From positions 36,196-60,195 of the forward strand of contig NZ_AUIG01000025.1 in NCBI RefSeq assembly GCF_000423585.1: a stretch of DNA of 24,000 nucleotides, in the 5' to 3' direction. The notes under the pieces were generated by a model that did not search any database, had not been told where the DNA came from, and saw only the letters and a program-made list of their open reading frames with translations. Position numbers and translations under genes: made by a program. Of this stretch, positions 9,045-16,845 are shown one piece after another. Each line of letters begins with the position of its first letter. Within the stretch, counting starts at the first letter, position 1. This stretch comes from Salinimicrobium xinjiangense DSM 19287. GTDB taxonomy: Bacteria > Bacteroidota > Bacteroidia > Flavobacteriales > Flavobacteriaceae.

Positions 9045-10418
9045 TCAATCACAGGGTTCTATATTCTGGTTGATATGAAAGAAATTCTGTGGATCGTATT
9101 TCTTCTTGATCTGACCCAGACGTTTAAAGTTTGTACCATAAGAATCCTCCACTCTGCCGTCTTCCTCATTCATCATGAAGTTCACGTAAGCTCCCCCGGC
9201 TGCATATGGCATTAAATCCTGGTAATAATCTTTTGCCCACGCAGTGATCTCTTCAGCATCATCGGCTTCAGGTGAAACGCCTACAATGACCTGGGAATAT
9301 TTCGCCCCGCGGTTTGCCCAGGCGGTATCTTCAGAAGCTACATCATGAACGGCTCCATTAACAGGATAAAGGTGGGTTGTAGAATGAAAAGTAGGGATCT
9401 TAGATCCGTGTTCTATATTTACCCTGATGCTTTCATCAGTCAACTCCTTAATAAAATGGGCTTTCCAGTACCACTGTAATCCGCTGGGATAAAGATCATC
9501 AAACATGGTGTTCAGTGCCGGCATGGGAATTTCACTAACGAAATCCAGGATGGGCGGACCAAATTCCCTTATAGGTCTAAAAACTTCTTCAGCCTTTTCC
9601 ATAGGTCCCGTATAATTCCATACCACTCCGCAGACGTTTTTCATATGCAGCTCTTTGGGAAACGGATCTCCGGGAGGCACAATGAGAAAGGCAAAAAAAC
9701 CATAAAGGTCGTTGGACGCATTCTGCATGAGGTCATCATAAAAATTCATTGCCTCTCCGGCTTTTTCGAGAGGCCAGAACATTGGTCCTGCATATACATT
9801 TTTCACCGGAATGAGACTGAATGTAAAGGATACTACCACCCCAAAGTTTCCGCCGCCACCACGCAGCGCCCAGAAAAGATCTGGATTCTCATCTTTATTT
9901 GCTTTTACCAGTTCGCCTGAAGCCAGAACAACTTCGGCCTCGAGCAGGTGATCAATAGTTAAACCACCCTTGCGACTTAAATAACCTATTCCTCCTCCCA
10001 GGGTGATTCCGCCAATTCCGGTAGTCCCAATAATCCCACTTGGTAAAGCCAGTCCATGTTCATGAGTGGCCTTGTCAATTTCCCTAAGCATGTTACCCGG
10101 GGCAATGACAGCTGTACGGTTTTCGGGATCTACATGAATTTCCTTCATTTCAGAAAGATCAATTACCAGCCCATCCTCACACAGCGCAAGGCCTGCGCCG
10201 CTATGTCCTCCACTGCGAATTGATGCCTCCAGGTTATTTTCCCTGCCAAAGTTCACCGCCTGTATGACATCTTCTTTATCCCTGCACTTCAAAATTATAC
10301 CGGGATGTTTATCGATCATCCCGTTGTAGATCTTCCTGGCTTCATCATACTCCCCGTCCTGTGGTTGAATGATCCTGCCCTTAATACGGCTTTTCAGCTC
10401 TTCAATTTTTGCTTCCAT
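9045..10418 (-). CDS. FAD-binding oxidoreductase, PCMH-type with C-terminal berberine/BBE domain
   Basis: 457-aa ORF; [27 protein letters not shown] (covalent-His FAD motif), [26 protein letters not shown], and BBE C-terminus [27 protein letters not shown]. Confidence 0.9.
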   Translation of the reverse strand: MEAKIEELKSRIKGRIIQPQDGEYDEARKIYNGMIDKHPGIILKCRDKEDVIQAVNFGRENNLEASIRSGGHSGAGLALCEDGLVIDLSEMKEIHVDPENRTAVIAPGNMLREIDKATHEHGLALPSGIIGTTGIGGITLGGGIGYLSRKGGLTIDHLLEAEVVLASGELVKANKDENPDLFWALRGGGGNFGVVVSFTFSLIPVKNVYAGPMFWPLEKAGEAMNFYDDLMQNASNDLYGFFAFLIVPPGDPFPKELHMKNVCGVVWNYTGPMEKAEEVFRPIREFGPPILDFVSEIPMPALNTMFDDLYPSGLQWYWKAHFIKELTDESIRVNIEHGSKIPTFHSTTHLYPVNGAVHDVASEDTAWANRGAKYSQVIVGVSPEADDAEEITAWAKDYYQDLMPYAAGGAYVNFMMNEEDGRVEDSYGTNFKRLGQIKKKYDPQNFFHINQNIEPCD

Positions 10419-10495
10419 AATATTTTATTTTAATGATTCAACTATAATTCAATGCTTTTCGGGGAATAGCATAACCAGGTCCTGTGCTGTAGGCA

Positions 10496-10528
10496 GGTCT
10501 ATTCTTAATGAAAGGGAAGAATAGGACC
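10496..10528. promoter_or_regulatory. Hairpin in the 5' leader region of the FAD oxidoreductase gene
   Basis: GGTCTATTCTT (10496-10506) / AAGAATAGgACC (10517-10528): 11 bp with one bulged G, 10-nt loop; about 78-110 nt upstream of the 10418 start codon. Confidence 0.4.
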
Positions 10529-10677
10529 AGGCAGGTTTGGAGAATAAGCTTTAGAAAAGGAATCTTCGTTTTCCTGCCCAGAAGCGGGAAGTTATGAATG
10601 AGGAATATTTACAGGGGTATGATTTCAGATCGGCCATGATGCAGTCTGAAAAAATCGAGGGGAATCTCTGAACAACC

Positions 10678-10698
10678 TGATTATCATATTGATAATCA
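10678..10698. promoter_or_regulatory. Perfect operator-like palindrome in the P450 / FAD oxidoreductase intergenic region
   Basis: TGATTATCA-TAT-TGATAATCA: perfect 9-nt arms, 3-nt spacer; no T-run follows in the minus direction, so it does not look like a terminator. Confidence 0.45.
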
Positions 10699-10737
10699 AA
10701 GTTTTAAAGGTAATAAATAAATCACAACGAAGCTTAA

Positions 10738-12066
10738 CTACCTTAAAATAAATTTCAGAATGGAATTTTTCGGCTTCAGGGTAATGAGCGGTTGAAATTC
10801 AATTTCAGTTTTACAGGAGGAGATCTCAAATCTGGAAACAAGCTCTGCCACAGTCAGTATCATCTCATACATGGCAAAATTATTTCCGATGCACATCCTG
10901 GGGCCGGCTCCAAAAGGATAATAACAGGAAGAATATTTTCTGGGATCTGTGAATCTTTCCGGATCAAATCTTTCCGGGTCCTCCCAGAGATCTTTATGCC
11001 GGTGGATCTCAAACATGGAAAAAAGCAAAGTAGAACCTTTCGGAATTTCCAATCCGTCAAAAACATCCTCTTCATTATTCAGCCGGTCGATAAAGTAGAC
11101 CGGAGGATATAACCTCATGGACTCTTCAATGACCATTTTAGTATAAGGGCAGGCCTGAATGAATTCGGCCAGGGAGTTTGTTTCCTGTTGTGCCTTTTTC
11201 ACCTCCTCCAGAATCCTCTCCTGTGCTCCCGGATGCTGTGCAAGAAGCTGGGCAGTGAAAGTAAGGGCATTTGAGGTGGTTTCATGACCTGCAGTGAAAA
11301 GGATGAGAATTTCATCTATCAGCTGCTCATTTTCCATACTGCTGCCATCCTCATATTTAGCATCCAGAAGCATATCGAGCAGGTCATCCTGCCTTTCTCC
11401 GGAAGTCCGTCTTTCCTCTATGAGTTTTCTCAGGATATCCCGGGCTTCATCTGTAAGATCTGTATGTTCTTTGATTTTTCCCGATAAACTGAACCACCAG
11501 CCAAGATATGGCTGTCTCAGTTCCCTGACCAGCATTTTCTGCGCGGCTTCTGTAATATATTGGAGCCGGTTGATCTCCTTCTGCCCTACCGCACTGCTAA
11601 ATAAAGATTTTACAACAGTTTGAAATGCAAGATCATTAAACACCGGAAAAATATCAACAGGCTTTCCGGTTTCAATTTTATTTAGCTCTGTTGTTATAGC
11701 CGCTTTGATGCTATTCAATAAGACAAGCAGTTGTTTTTTGTGAAAGGCGGGCTGGATGAGCTTGCGTTGCTTTCTCCAGTGCTCCCCTTCAGACGTCAGT
11801 AATCCTTTTCCAAGGTACTTCGCCATATCCCTTGTCTGAATCGTGGTTTTGGAAAAGTTTTTATGATTTTTCTGAAGTGCATATTGGGCAAAAGCGGCAT
11901 TCCGGGAAAAGATCACCGAGCTACCCGGACCAATTTTTAATCGGAAAATATCGCCCAGTTTTTGAAATTTCTTATTATGAAAGATCAGCGGATTCTCGAG
12001 GATACGCAGGGAATTTTTGTAAAATTCCCAGGCCGGTACTGTGGGTATGGCTTTGATGTTTTTCAT
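10738..12066 (-). CDS. Cytochrome P450
   Basis: 442-aa ORF; I-helix AGHETTSNAL, K-helix EESMRLYPP (ExxR), and haem-binding FGAGPRMCIGNNFAMYEM. Confidence 0.95.
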   Translation of the reverse strand: MKNIKAIPTVPAWEFYKNSLRILENPLIFHNKKFQKLGDIFRLKIGPGSSVIFSRNAAFAQYALQKNHKNFSKTTIQTRDMAKYLGKGLLTSEGEHWRKQRKLIQPAFHKKQLLVLLNSIKAAITTELNKIETGKPVDIFPVFNDLAFQTVVKSLFSSAVGQKEINRLQYITEAAQKMLVRELRQPYLGWWFSLSGKIKEHTDLTDEARDILRKLIEERRTSGERQDDLLDMLLDAKYEDGSSMENEQLIDEILILFTAGHETTSNALTFTAQLLAQHPGAQERILEEVKKAQQETNSLAEFIQACPYTKMVIEESMRLYPPVYFIDRLNNEEDVFDGLEIPKGSTLLFSMFEIHRHKDLWEDPERFDPERFTDPRKYSSCYYPFGAGPRMCIGNNFAMYEMILTVAELVSRFEISSCKTEIEFQPLITLKPKNSILKFILR

Positions 12067-12086
12067 TATCTTTCTTCGCCTCTTTT

Positions 12087-12119
12087 AGACCTACCAGGTC
12101 TTTGTGACCTGTTAGGTCT
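12087..12119. repeat. REP-like imperfect palindrome, copy downstream of the RAYT gene
   Basis: AGACCTAcCAGGTC-TTTGT-GACCTGtTAGGTCT: 33 nt, 14-nt arms with a single C.T mismatch at arm position 8; inverted relative to the 12709-12741 copy. Confidence 0.85.
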
Positions 12120-12696
12120 GGTCCTGCAGGAAATCATTTAAATATTTAGTGTTTAATCTTCTTTCATCATGCCAATGCTCAAAAATTTCAGAGTCAATAA
12201 GGGAAAATATATAACTGGTCTCTATTTTGGATGGTTTGGCACCGATATACGCCTGAAAAGAAGAAAATTTATAATTTTTATGATCTTCAACAAAGCCATG
12301 TTGTACAGGATTTAAATGAATATAGGCAATTAATTGAATAAGATACTTCTCATCACCAACCCTTTTTCTTTTGAAATGTTCCTGAAAGAGGCTGCCGGTT
12401 CTGTTGTACTTTTTATTTATTCCTTTTGTATAGGCATTAAAGAAATTAGAAAATGGAAGATGAGTCTTATCCTGATGGGTGGGTGAAAGTTCTTCTTTTT
12501 CTTTGATCTTTAGAAGTAAGTGAAAATGTTTGCCTAATAAACAGTAAGCATAGATATCACAAACAGGCAATAAATGAGTCCGGATTAATTTTAAAAAATA
12601 ATAATAATTTTCCTCCTCTTTAAATATATCCTCCTTATTATTTCCCCGATTGAAAATATGGTAGGTTGCTCCCGGTTCTAAAACATCCTGCTTCAT
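12112..12696 (-). mobile_element. REP-associated tyrosine transposase (RAYT; Y1/IS200-like transposase domain)
   Basis: 194-aa ORF; YHIFNRGNNKEDIF N-terminus, catalytic-type HFHLLLK (HUH family), NRTGSLFQEHFKRKRV, YLIQLIAYIHLNPVQHGFVED. Flanked by paired palindromes; its stop codon lies in the downstream palindrome. Confidence 0.9.
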
Positions 12697-12708
12697 AGCT
12701 TTAGTTCA

Positions 12709-12741
12709 AAACCTAACAGGTCTTGGAGACCTGGTAGGTTT
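12709..12741. repeat. REP-like imperfect palindrome, copy upstream of the RAYT gene
   Basis: AAACCTAaCAGGTCT-TGG-AGACCTGgTAGGTTT: 33 nt, 15-nt arms with one mismatch at arm position 8. Its reverse complement matches the 12087-12119 copy at 27/33 positions. Confidence 0.85.
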
Positions 12742-12747
12742 GCAATC

Positions 12748-13770
12748 TTAAAACAACCCTCCCTGAATGCCGCCTCTCACCCTTCCCAGGTGTTTGTATG
12801 CAGCCTCGGTAACTTCGCGGCCGCGGGGAGTCCTTTGTATAAAACCCTGCTGAATTAAAAATGGTTCATAGACCTCTTCGATAGTTTCGGCACTTTCACT
12901 CACTGCAGTGGCAAGGGTTGTAATTCCCACAGGACCACCTTTGAATTTGTCGATGATGGTGGTGAGGATCTTGTTGTCCATCTCATCCAGGCCATGGGCA
13001 TCTACGTTTAATGCTTTAAGGCTGTACTTTGCAATTTCGATGTCTATACTACCATTCCCTTTGATCTGGGCGAAATCCCGCACCCTTCTTAAAAGGGCAT
13101 TTGCAATACGAGGTGTTCCGCGGCTGCGACCGGCGATCTCAATAGCCGCCTCCATTGTAATTGGCACCTTTAGGATCTGCGCACTACGTTGAACAATATC
13201 TGAAAGCAGTTCAGTGGTGTAATATTCTAACCGGCTGGAAATTCCGAAGCGGGCACGCATAGGTGCGGTTAACAATCCGCTGCGGGTGGTGGCACCTATG
13301 AGAGTGAATGGATTTAGATTGATCTGCACAGAACGGGCATTGGGCCCTGTTTCGATCATGATATCGATCTTATAATCTTCCATTGCCGAGTAGAGATATT
13401 CTTCTACCACGGCACTCAGCCGGTGGATCTCGTCTATGAAAAGTACATCCCTTTCATCAAGATTGGTGAGCAGCCCTGCGAGATCTCCGGGTTTATCCAG
13501 TACCGGACCTGAAGTTACTTTAATACCTACTCCCAGTTCATTGGCAAGGATATGTGCCAAAGTTGTTTTTCCTAATCCGGGAGGCCCGTGAAACAGCGTA
13601 TGATCAAGGGCTTCTCCCCGACGGTTGGCAGCCTCGACAAAAACCTTCAGGTTATCCAAAACCTGATCCTGACCTGCAAAATCATCAAATTCGAGAGGCC
13701 GTAATGCTCTTTCGATGTCCAGTTCTTCCGAAGAGAAATTTTCGCCGGTAGGATCAAGGTTTTCATTCAT
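12748..13770 (-). CDS. ruvB: Holliday junction branch migration DNA helicase RuvB
   Basis: 340-aa ORF; Walker [15 protein letters not shown], Walker [49 protein letters not shown]-terminal [14 protein letters not shown]. Confidence 0.98.
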   Translation of the reverse strand: MNENLDPTGENFSSEELDIERALRPLEFDDFAGQDQVLDNLKVFVEAANRRGEALDHTLFHGPPGLGKTTLAHILANELGVGIKVTSGPVLDKPGDLAGLLTNLDERDVLFIDEIHRLSAVVEEYLYSAMEDYKIDIMIETGPNARSVQINLNPFTLIGATTRSGLLTAPMRARFGISSRLEYYTTELLSDIVQRSAQILKVPITMEAAIEIAGRSRGTPRIANALLRRVRDFAQIKGNGSIDIEIAKYSLKALNVDAHGLDEMDNKILTTIIDKFKGGPVGITTLATAVSESAETIEEVYEPFLIQQGFIQRTPRGREVTEAAYKHLGRVRGGIQGGLF

Positions 13771-13788
13771 ATGGAAGGATTAAAGAAA

Positions 13789-13796
13789 CAAAGATA
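13789..13796 (-). promoter_or_regulatory. ruvB: Candidate -7 promoter element for ruvB
   Basis: Minus strand reads TATCTTTG, matching the Bacteroidota TAnnTTTG consensus, 19 nt upstream of the ATG; no clear -33 TTG seen. Confidence 0.35.
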
Positions 13797-13801
13797 AAAG
13801 A

Positions 13802-13833
13802 AAAAGCCTTTTCATGGGGATGAAAAGGCTTTT
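13802..13833 (-). terminator. Intrinsic terminator of the act-cox operon
   Basis: Perfect 14-bp inverted repeat AAAAGCCTTTTCAT (13802-13815) / ATGAAAAGGCTTTT (13820-13833) with GGGG loop; the minus strand continues into a T-rich tract (TTTTTCTTTTATC). It lies 20 nt after the COX1 stop codon. Confidence 0.88.
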
Positions 13834-13853
13834 AGATATAAGCTGATCAGAAC

Positions 13854-15674
13854 TTAATGATTAAGCTCTTCTTCGTCTTTTTGAAGTGGGACGTCTTGTG
13901 GTACAAAATCCTGTCCTGCAATGACATATTCCCCGTTTTCATTTGTCTTACTGTAATCGTATGGCCAACGATAAACATGTGGAATAGCACCCGGCCAGTT
14001 TCCGTGGATTGGTTCCACCGGTGTAGTCCATTCAAGAGAGTTGGAATTCCATGGGTTTGCTGTGGCTTTCTTGCCCGCAAATATGGAATGAATGAAGTTG
14101 TAAAGGAACACCAGTTGTACCAGAGCAGTGATAATGGCAAACACGGTGATCACCACATTGATCTCCAAAAGGTCATCAAAGTACGGGAAAGCAGTGTTGT
14201 CATAGTATCTTCTTGGAAGTCCTGCCATACCCACAAAGTGCATTGGGAAGAACACTCCGTAGGCTCCAATGATGGTGATCCAGAAGTGGACATATCCCAT
14301 GTTCTTGTTCATCATACGCCCGAACATTTTAGGGAACCAGTGGTAGATCCCTGCAAACATTCCGTAGAGGGCAGAAATACCCATTACGAGGTGGAAGTGA
14401 GCAACAACAAAATAAGTATCGTGAACATTAATATCAAGTGTACTATCTCCAAGCACGATCCCTGTCAAACCTCCTGTGATAAAGGTAGAAACAAAACCAA
14501 TAGAGAACAGCATTGAAGGATTCATTTGAAGATTTCCTTTCCAGATGGTCGTGATCCAGTTAAAGGCTTTAACTGCCGAAGGAATCGCGATCAATAAGGT
14601 TGTAAAGGTAAACACAGATCCAAGGAACGGGTTCATTCCCGATACGAACATGTGGTGACCCCATACAATGGTTGAAAGAAAAGCAATACCAAGAATAGAG
14701 GCGATCATCGCACGGTATCCAAAAATAGGTTTTCTGGAGTTCGTCGCCAGGATCTCTGATGCGATACCCATGGCAGGAAGTATTACAATATAAACTTCGG
14801 GGTGTCCAAGGAACCAGAACAGGTGTTCAAAAAGAATAGGAGAACCTCCCTGATAGTGTAACACTTCACCTCCAATGAAAATATCACTTAGGAAGAAAGA
14901 TGTTCCGAAGCTTCTGTCCATGATAAGCATCAAAGCTGCCGATAAAAGAACGGGAAAGGAAACTACCCCGATAATAGCTGTAACGAAAAGTGCCCAGATC
15001 GTCAATGGCAAACGCGTCATCGACATTCCCTTTGTTCTAAGGTTGATCACGGTAACAATGTAGTTAAGTGATCCAAGAAGAGAGGAAGCGATAAAGATGG
15101 CCATAGAAACCAACCACAGTGTCATTCCCAATCCAGATCCTCCTATAGCCTGTGGCAGTGCACTAAGAGGCGGATAAATTGTCCAACCTGCAGAAGCCGG
15201 TCCCGATTCAACAAAAAGAGACCCGAGCATGATCACACAGGAAATAAAGAACAACCAGTAAGACAGCATGTTCATAAAACCTGAAGCCATATCCCGTGCT
15301 CCAATTTGAAGAGGAATAAGAAGGTTACTAAAGGTACCACTCAAACCCTGAGTAAGTACAAAGAATACCATGATTGTACCGTGGATGGTAACAAGAGCCA
15401 GATAGACCTCCTGGCTCATCACTCCTCCCGGAGCCCATTTTCCAAGGAAAAGCTCAAATATTTTAAATGATTCAGCCGGCCATGCAAGTTGCATACGGAA
15501 GAGAACAGACATCCCAATCCCGATGATCCCCATGAAAAGCGCGGTAAAAAGGTATTGCTTGGCAATAACCTTATGATCCATGCTGAATATATATTTTGTA
15601 AAGAAATTACCCTCATCATGGTGGTGATCATCATGAGCGTGTTCATTAACTGGTACGTGTCCTAATGCTGACAT
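13854..15674 (-). CDS. ctaD: Cytochrome c oxidase subunit I (haem-copper oxidase)
   Basis: 606-aa ORF; FSMDHKVIAKQYLFTALFMGIIGIGMSV, WFLGHPEVYIVILPAMGIASEI, TTIVWGHHMFVSGM, HDTYFVVAHFHLVMG. Confidence 0.98.
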   Translation of the reverse strand: MSALGHVPVNEHAHDDHHHDEGNFFTKYIFSMDHKVIAKQYLFTALFMGIIGIGMSVLFRMQLAWPAESFKIFELFLGKWAPGGVMSQEVYLALVTIHGTIMVFFVLTQGLSGTFSNLLIPLQIGARDMASGFMNMLSYWLFFISCVIMLGSLFVESGPASAGWTIYPPLSALPQAIGGSGLGMTLWLVSMAIFIASSLLGSLNYIVTVINLRTKGMSMTRLPLTIWALFVTAIIGVVSFPVLLSAALMLIMDRSFGTSFFLSDIFIGGEVLHYQGGSPILFEHLFWFLGHPEVYIVILPAMGIASEILATNSRKPIFGYRAMIASILGIAFLSTIVWGHHMFVSGMNPFLGSVFTFTTLLIAIPSAVKAFNWITTIWKGNLQMNPSMLFSIGFVSTFITGGLTGIVLGDSTLDINVHDTYFVVAHFHLVMGISALYGMFAGIYHWFPKMFGRMMNKNMGYVHFWITIIGAYGVFFPMHFVGMAGLPRRYYDNTAFPYFDDLLEINVVITVFAIITALVQLVFLYNFIHSIFAGKKATANPWNSNSLEWTTPVEPIHGNWPGAIPHVYRWPYDYSKTNENGEYVIAGQDFVPQDVPLQKDEEELNH

Positions 15675-15694
15675 ATTTCTTTATTCTTAACTTA

Positions 15695-16819
15695 TTAATT
15701 TTCTACCTGTGCTACCTCTGCTCCACTTACAGCAGACTTTCTTGACGCTGTCGCAGACTGCATTGTCTCGCTGTACTCCTTTTGAGTCGCCATCCATTCA
15801 TTAAATTCTGCTTCGGTTTCAACAACAACTTTCATTTGCATGTTGTAGTGAGCAACCCCACAGATCTTGTTACATAACAGGTAATATTCGAACTGTTCAT
15901 ATTCTTCCAGCGGTTCTTCCCCCGCGGCCAACAGTGCCTGACTGTTTTCTTTTCTAATATCATTGATCCTCGCCACCTTATCTCTCATGTACTCCGTCTC
16001 ATTAATTTCTTCGGTAGTAACAGTAGGAGTGAAGGCAAACTGAGTAACCATTCCCGGAACCACATTCATTTGTGCTCTAAAGTGAGGGAAATAAGCTGAG
16101 TGAAGCACATCCTGAGATCTCATTTTGAAGACTACCGGCCTGTTCACAGGTAAATGTATCTCTGCCGTAATTACATCATCCATAGCATAAGGATCGCTTT
16201 CATCCACTCCAATGGTGTTAGCTCCTTCTATAAATCTTACGTTAGCCTTACCAAGAACATTGTCCTGTCCCGCATAACGCGCCTGCCAGCTAAACTGCTT
16301 GGCATAAAGTTCAATAACAATTGGATCATCCTCCTCATTAATATCCATAATATCACTCCAGGTGAAGAGTCCGTAAATGATCAATCCGGCCAGTACGATT
16401 ACCGGAATGATTGTCCAGACGAATTCCAGCTTATCATTATCTGCAAAGAATAATGCTTTGTTCCCTTTTTTCCCTTTGTATTTAAAGGCAAAATAATGAA
16501 GAAGACCCTGGGTGATCACCTGTACGAACATAATTACCGCCATAGTTAGCAATAAAAGATTGTCGTAATCTACTCCATGTTCTGAAGAAGCGGCAGGTAA
16601 AGCTCTGTCTCCAAAGGCCCAGAAATTATATAGCATGAAGATGTAAAAGGCGATTCCAAATGCCAGCATGAGGTTCCCCTGCATTCTGTTATCCTTATCA
16701 CTTGCTATTTGCGAATCATCAAGAGATTGAGTACTCCTTGACAATTGAAAGATCCTGCTTAGTTGCCAGAGCGTTATCGCAAATAATGCTACTACTATAA
16801 TTATTAAAAATACTGTCAT
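15695..16819 (-). CDS. ctaC: Cytochrome c oxidase subunit II (CuA-containing)
   Basis: 374-aa ORF; two N-terminal TM segments, 'QFSWQARYAG', 'RSQDVLHSAYFPHFRAQMNVVPGM' and CuA ligand motif CNKICGVAHYNM. Confidence 0.96.
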   Translation of the reverse strand: MTVFLIIIVVALFAITLWQLSRIFQLSRSTQSLDDSQIASDKDNRMQGNLMLAFGIAFYIFMLYNFWAFGDRALPAASSEHGVDYDNLLLLTMAVIMFVQVITQGLLHYFAFKYKGKKGNKALFFADNDKLEFVWTIIPVIVLAGLIIYGLFTWSDIMDINEEDDPIVIELYAKQFSWQARYAGQDNVLGKANVRFIEGANTIGVDESDPYAMDDVITAEIHLPVNRPVVFKMRSQDVLHSAYFPHFRAQMNVVPGMVTQFAFTPTVTTEEINETEYMRDKVARINDIRKENSQALLAAGEEPLEEYEQFEYYLLCNKICGVAHYNMQMKVVVETEAEFNEWMATQKEYSETMQSATASRKSAVSGAEVAQVEN

Positions 16820-16845
16820 TTTATTTTTTCTCTTTAAACAATCTT

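Noticed and set aside
10576-10671. Tiny plus-strand ORF (MNEEYLQGYDFRSAMMQSEKIEGNL) in the P450/FAD oxidoreductase gap
   Set aside because: Only 25 aa with no supporting context; chance occurrence is likely.
9045-12741. Candidate defence or biosynthetic island (P450 + flavoenzyme + transposase)
   Set aside because: No nuclease, toxin, retron, CBASS-like, NRPS/PKS or regulatory genes are visible; the transposase is a domesticated-type RAYT, so a defence or BGC claim is not supported.
13802-13833. Possible mobile-element or REP-like repeat between coxA and ruvB
   Set aside because: Perfect stem with A/T-rich ends immediately after the COX1 stop codon is fully explained as an intrinsic terminator.
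13857-14516. 219-aa plus-strand ORF (largest antisense ORF)
   Set aside because: Entirely antisense to the highly conserved COX1 gene, with no recognisable domain; typical shadow ORF from codon bias of the real gene.
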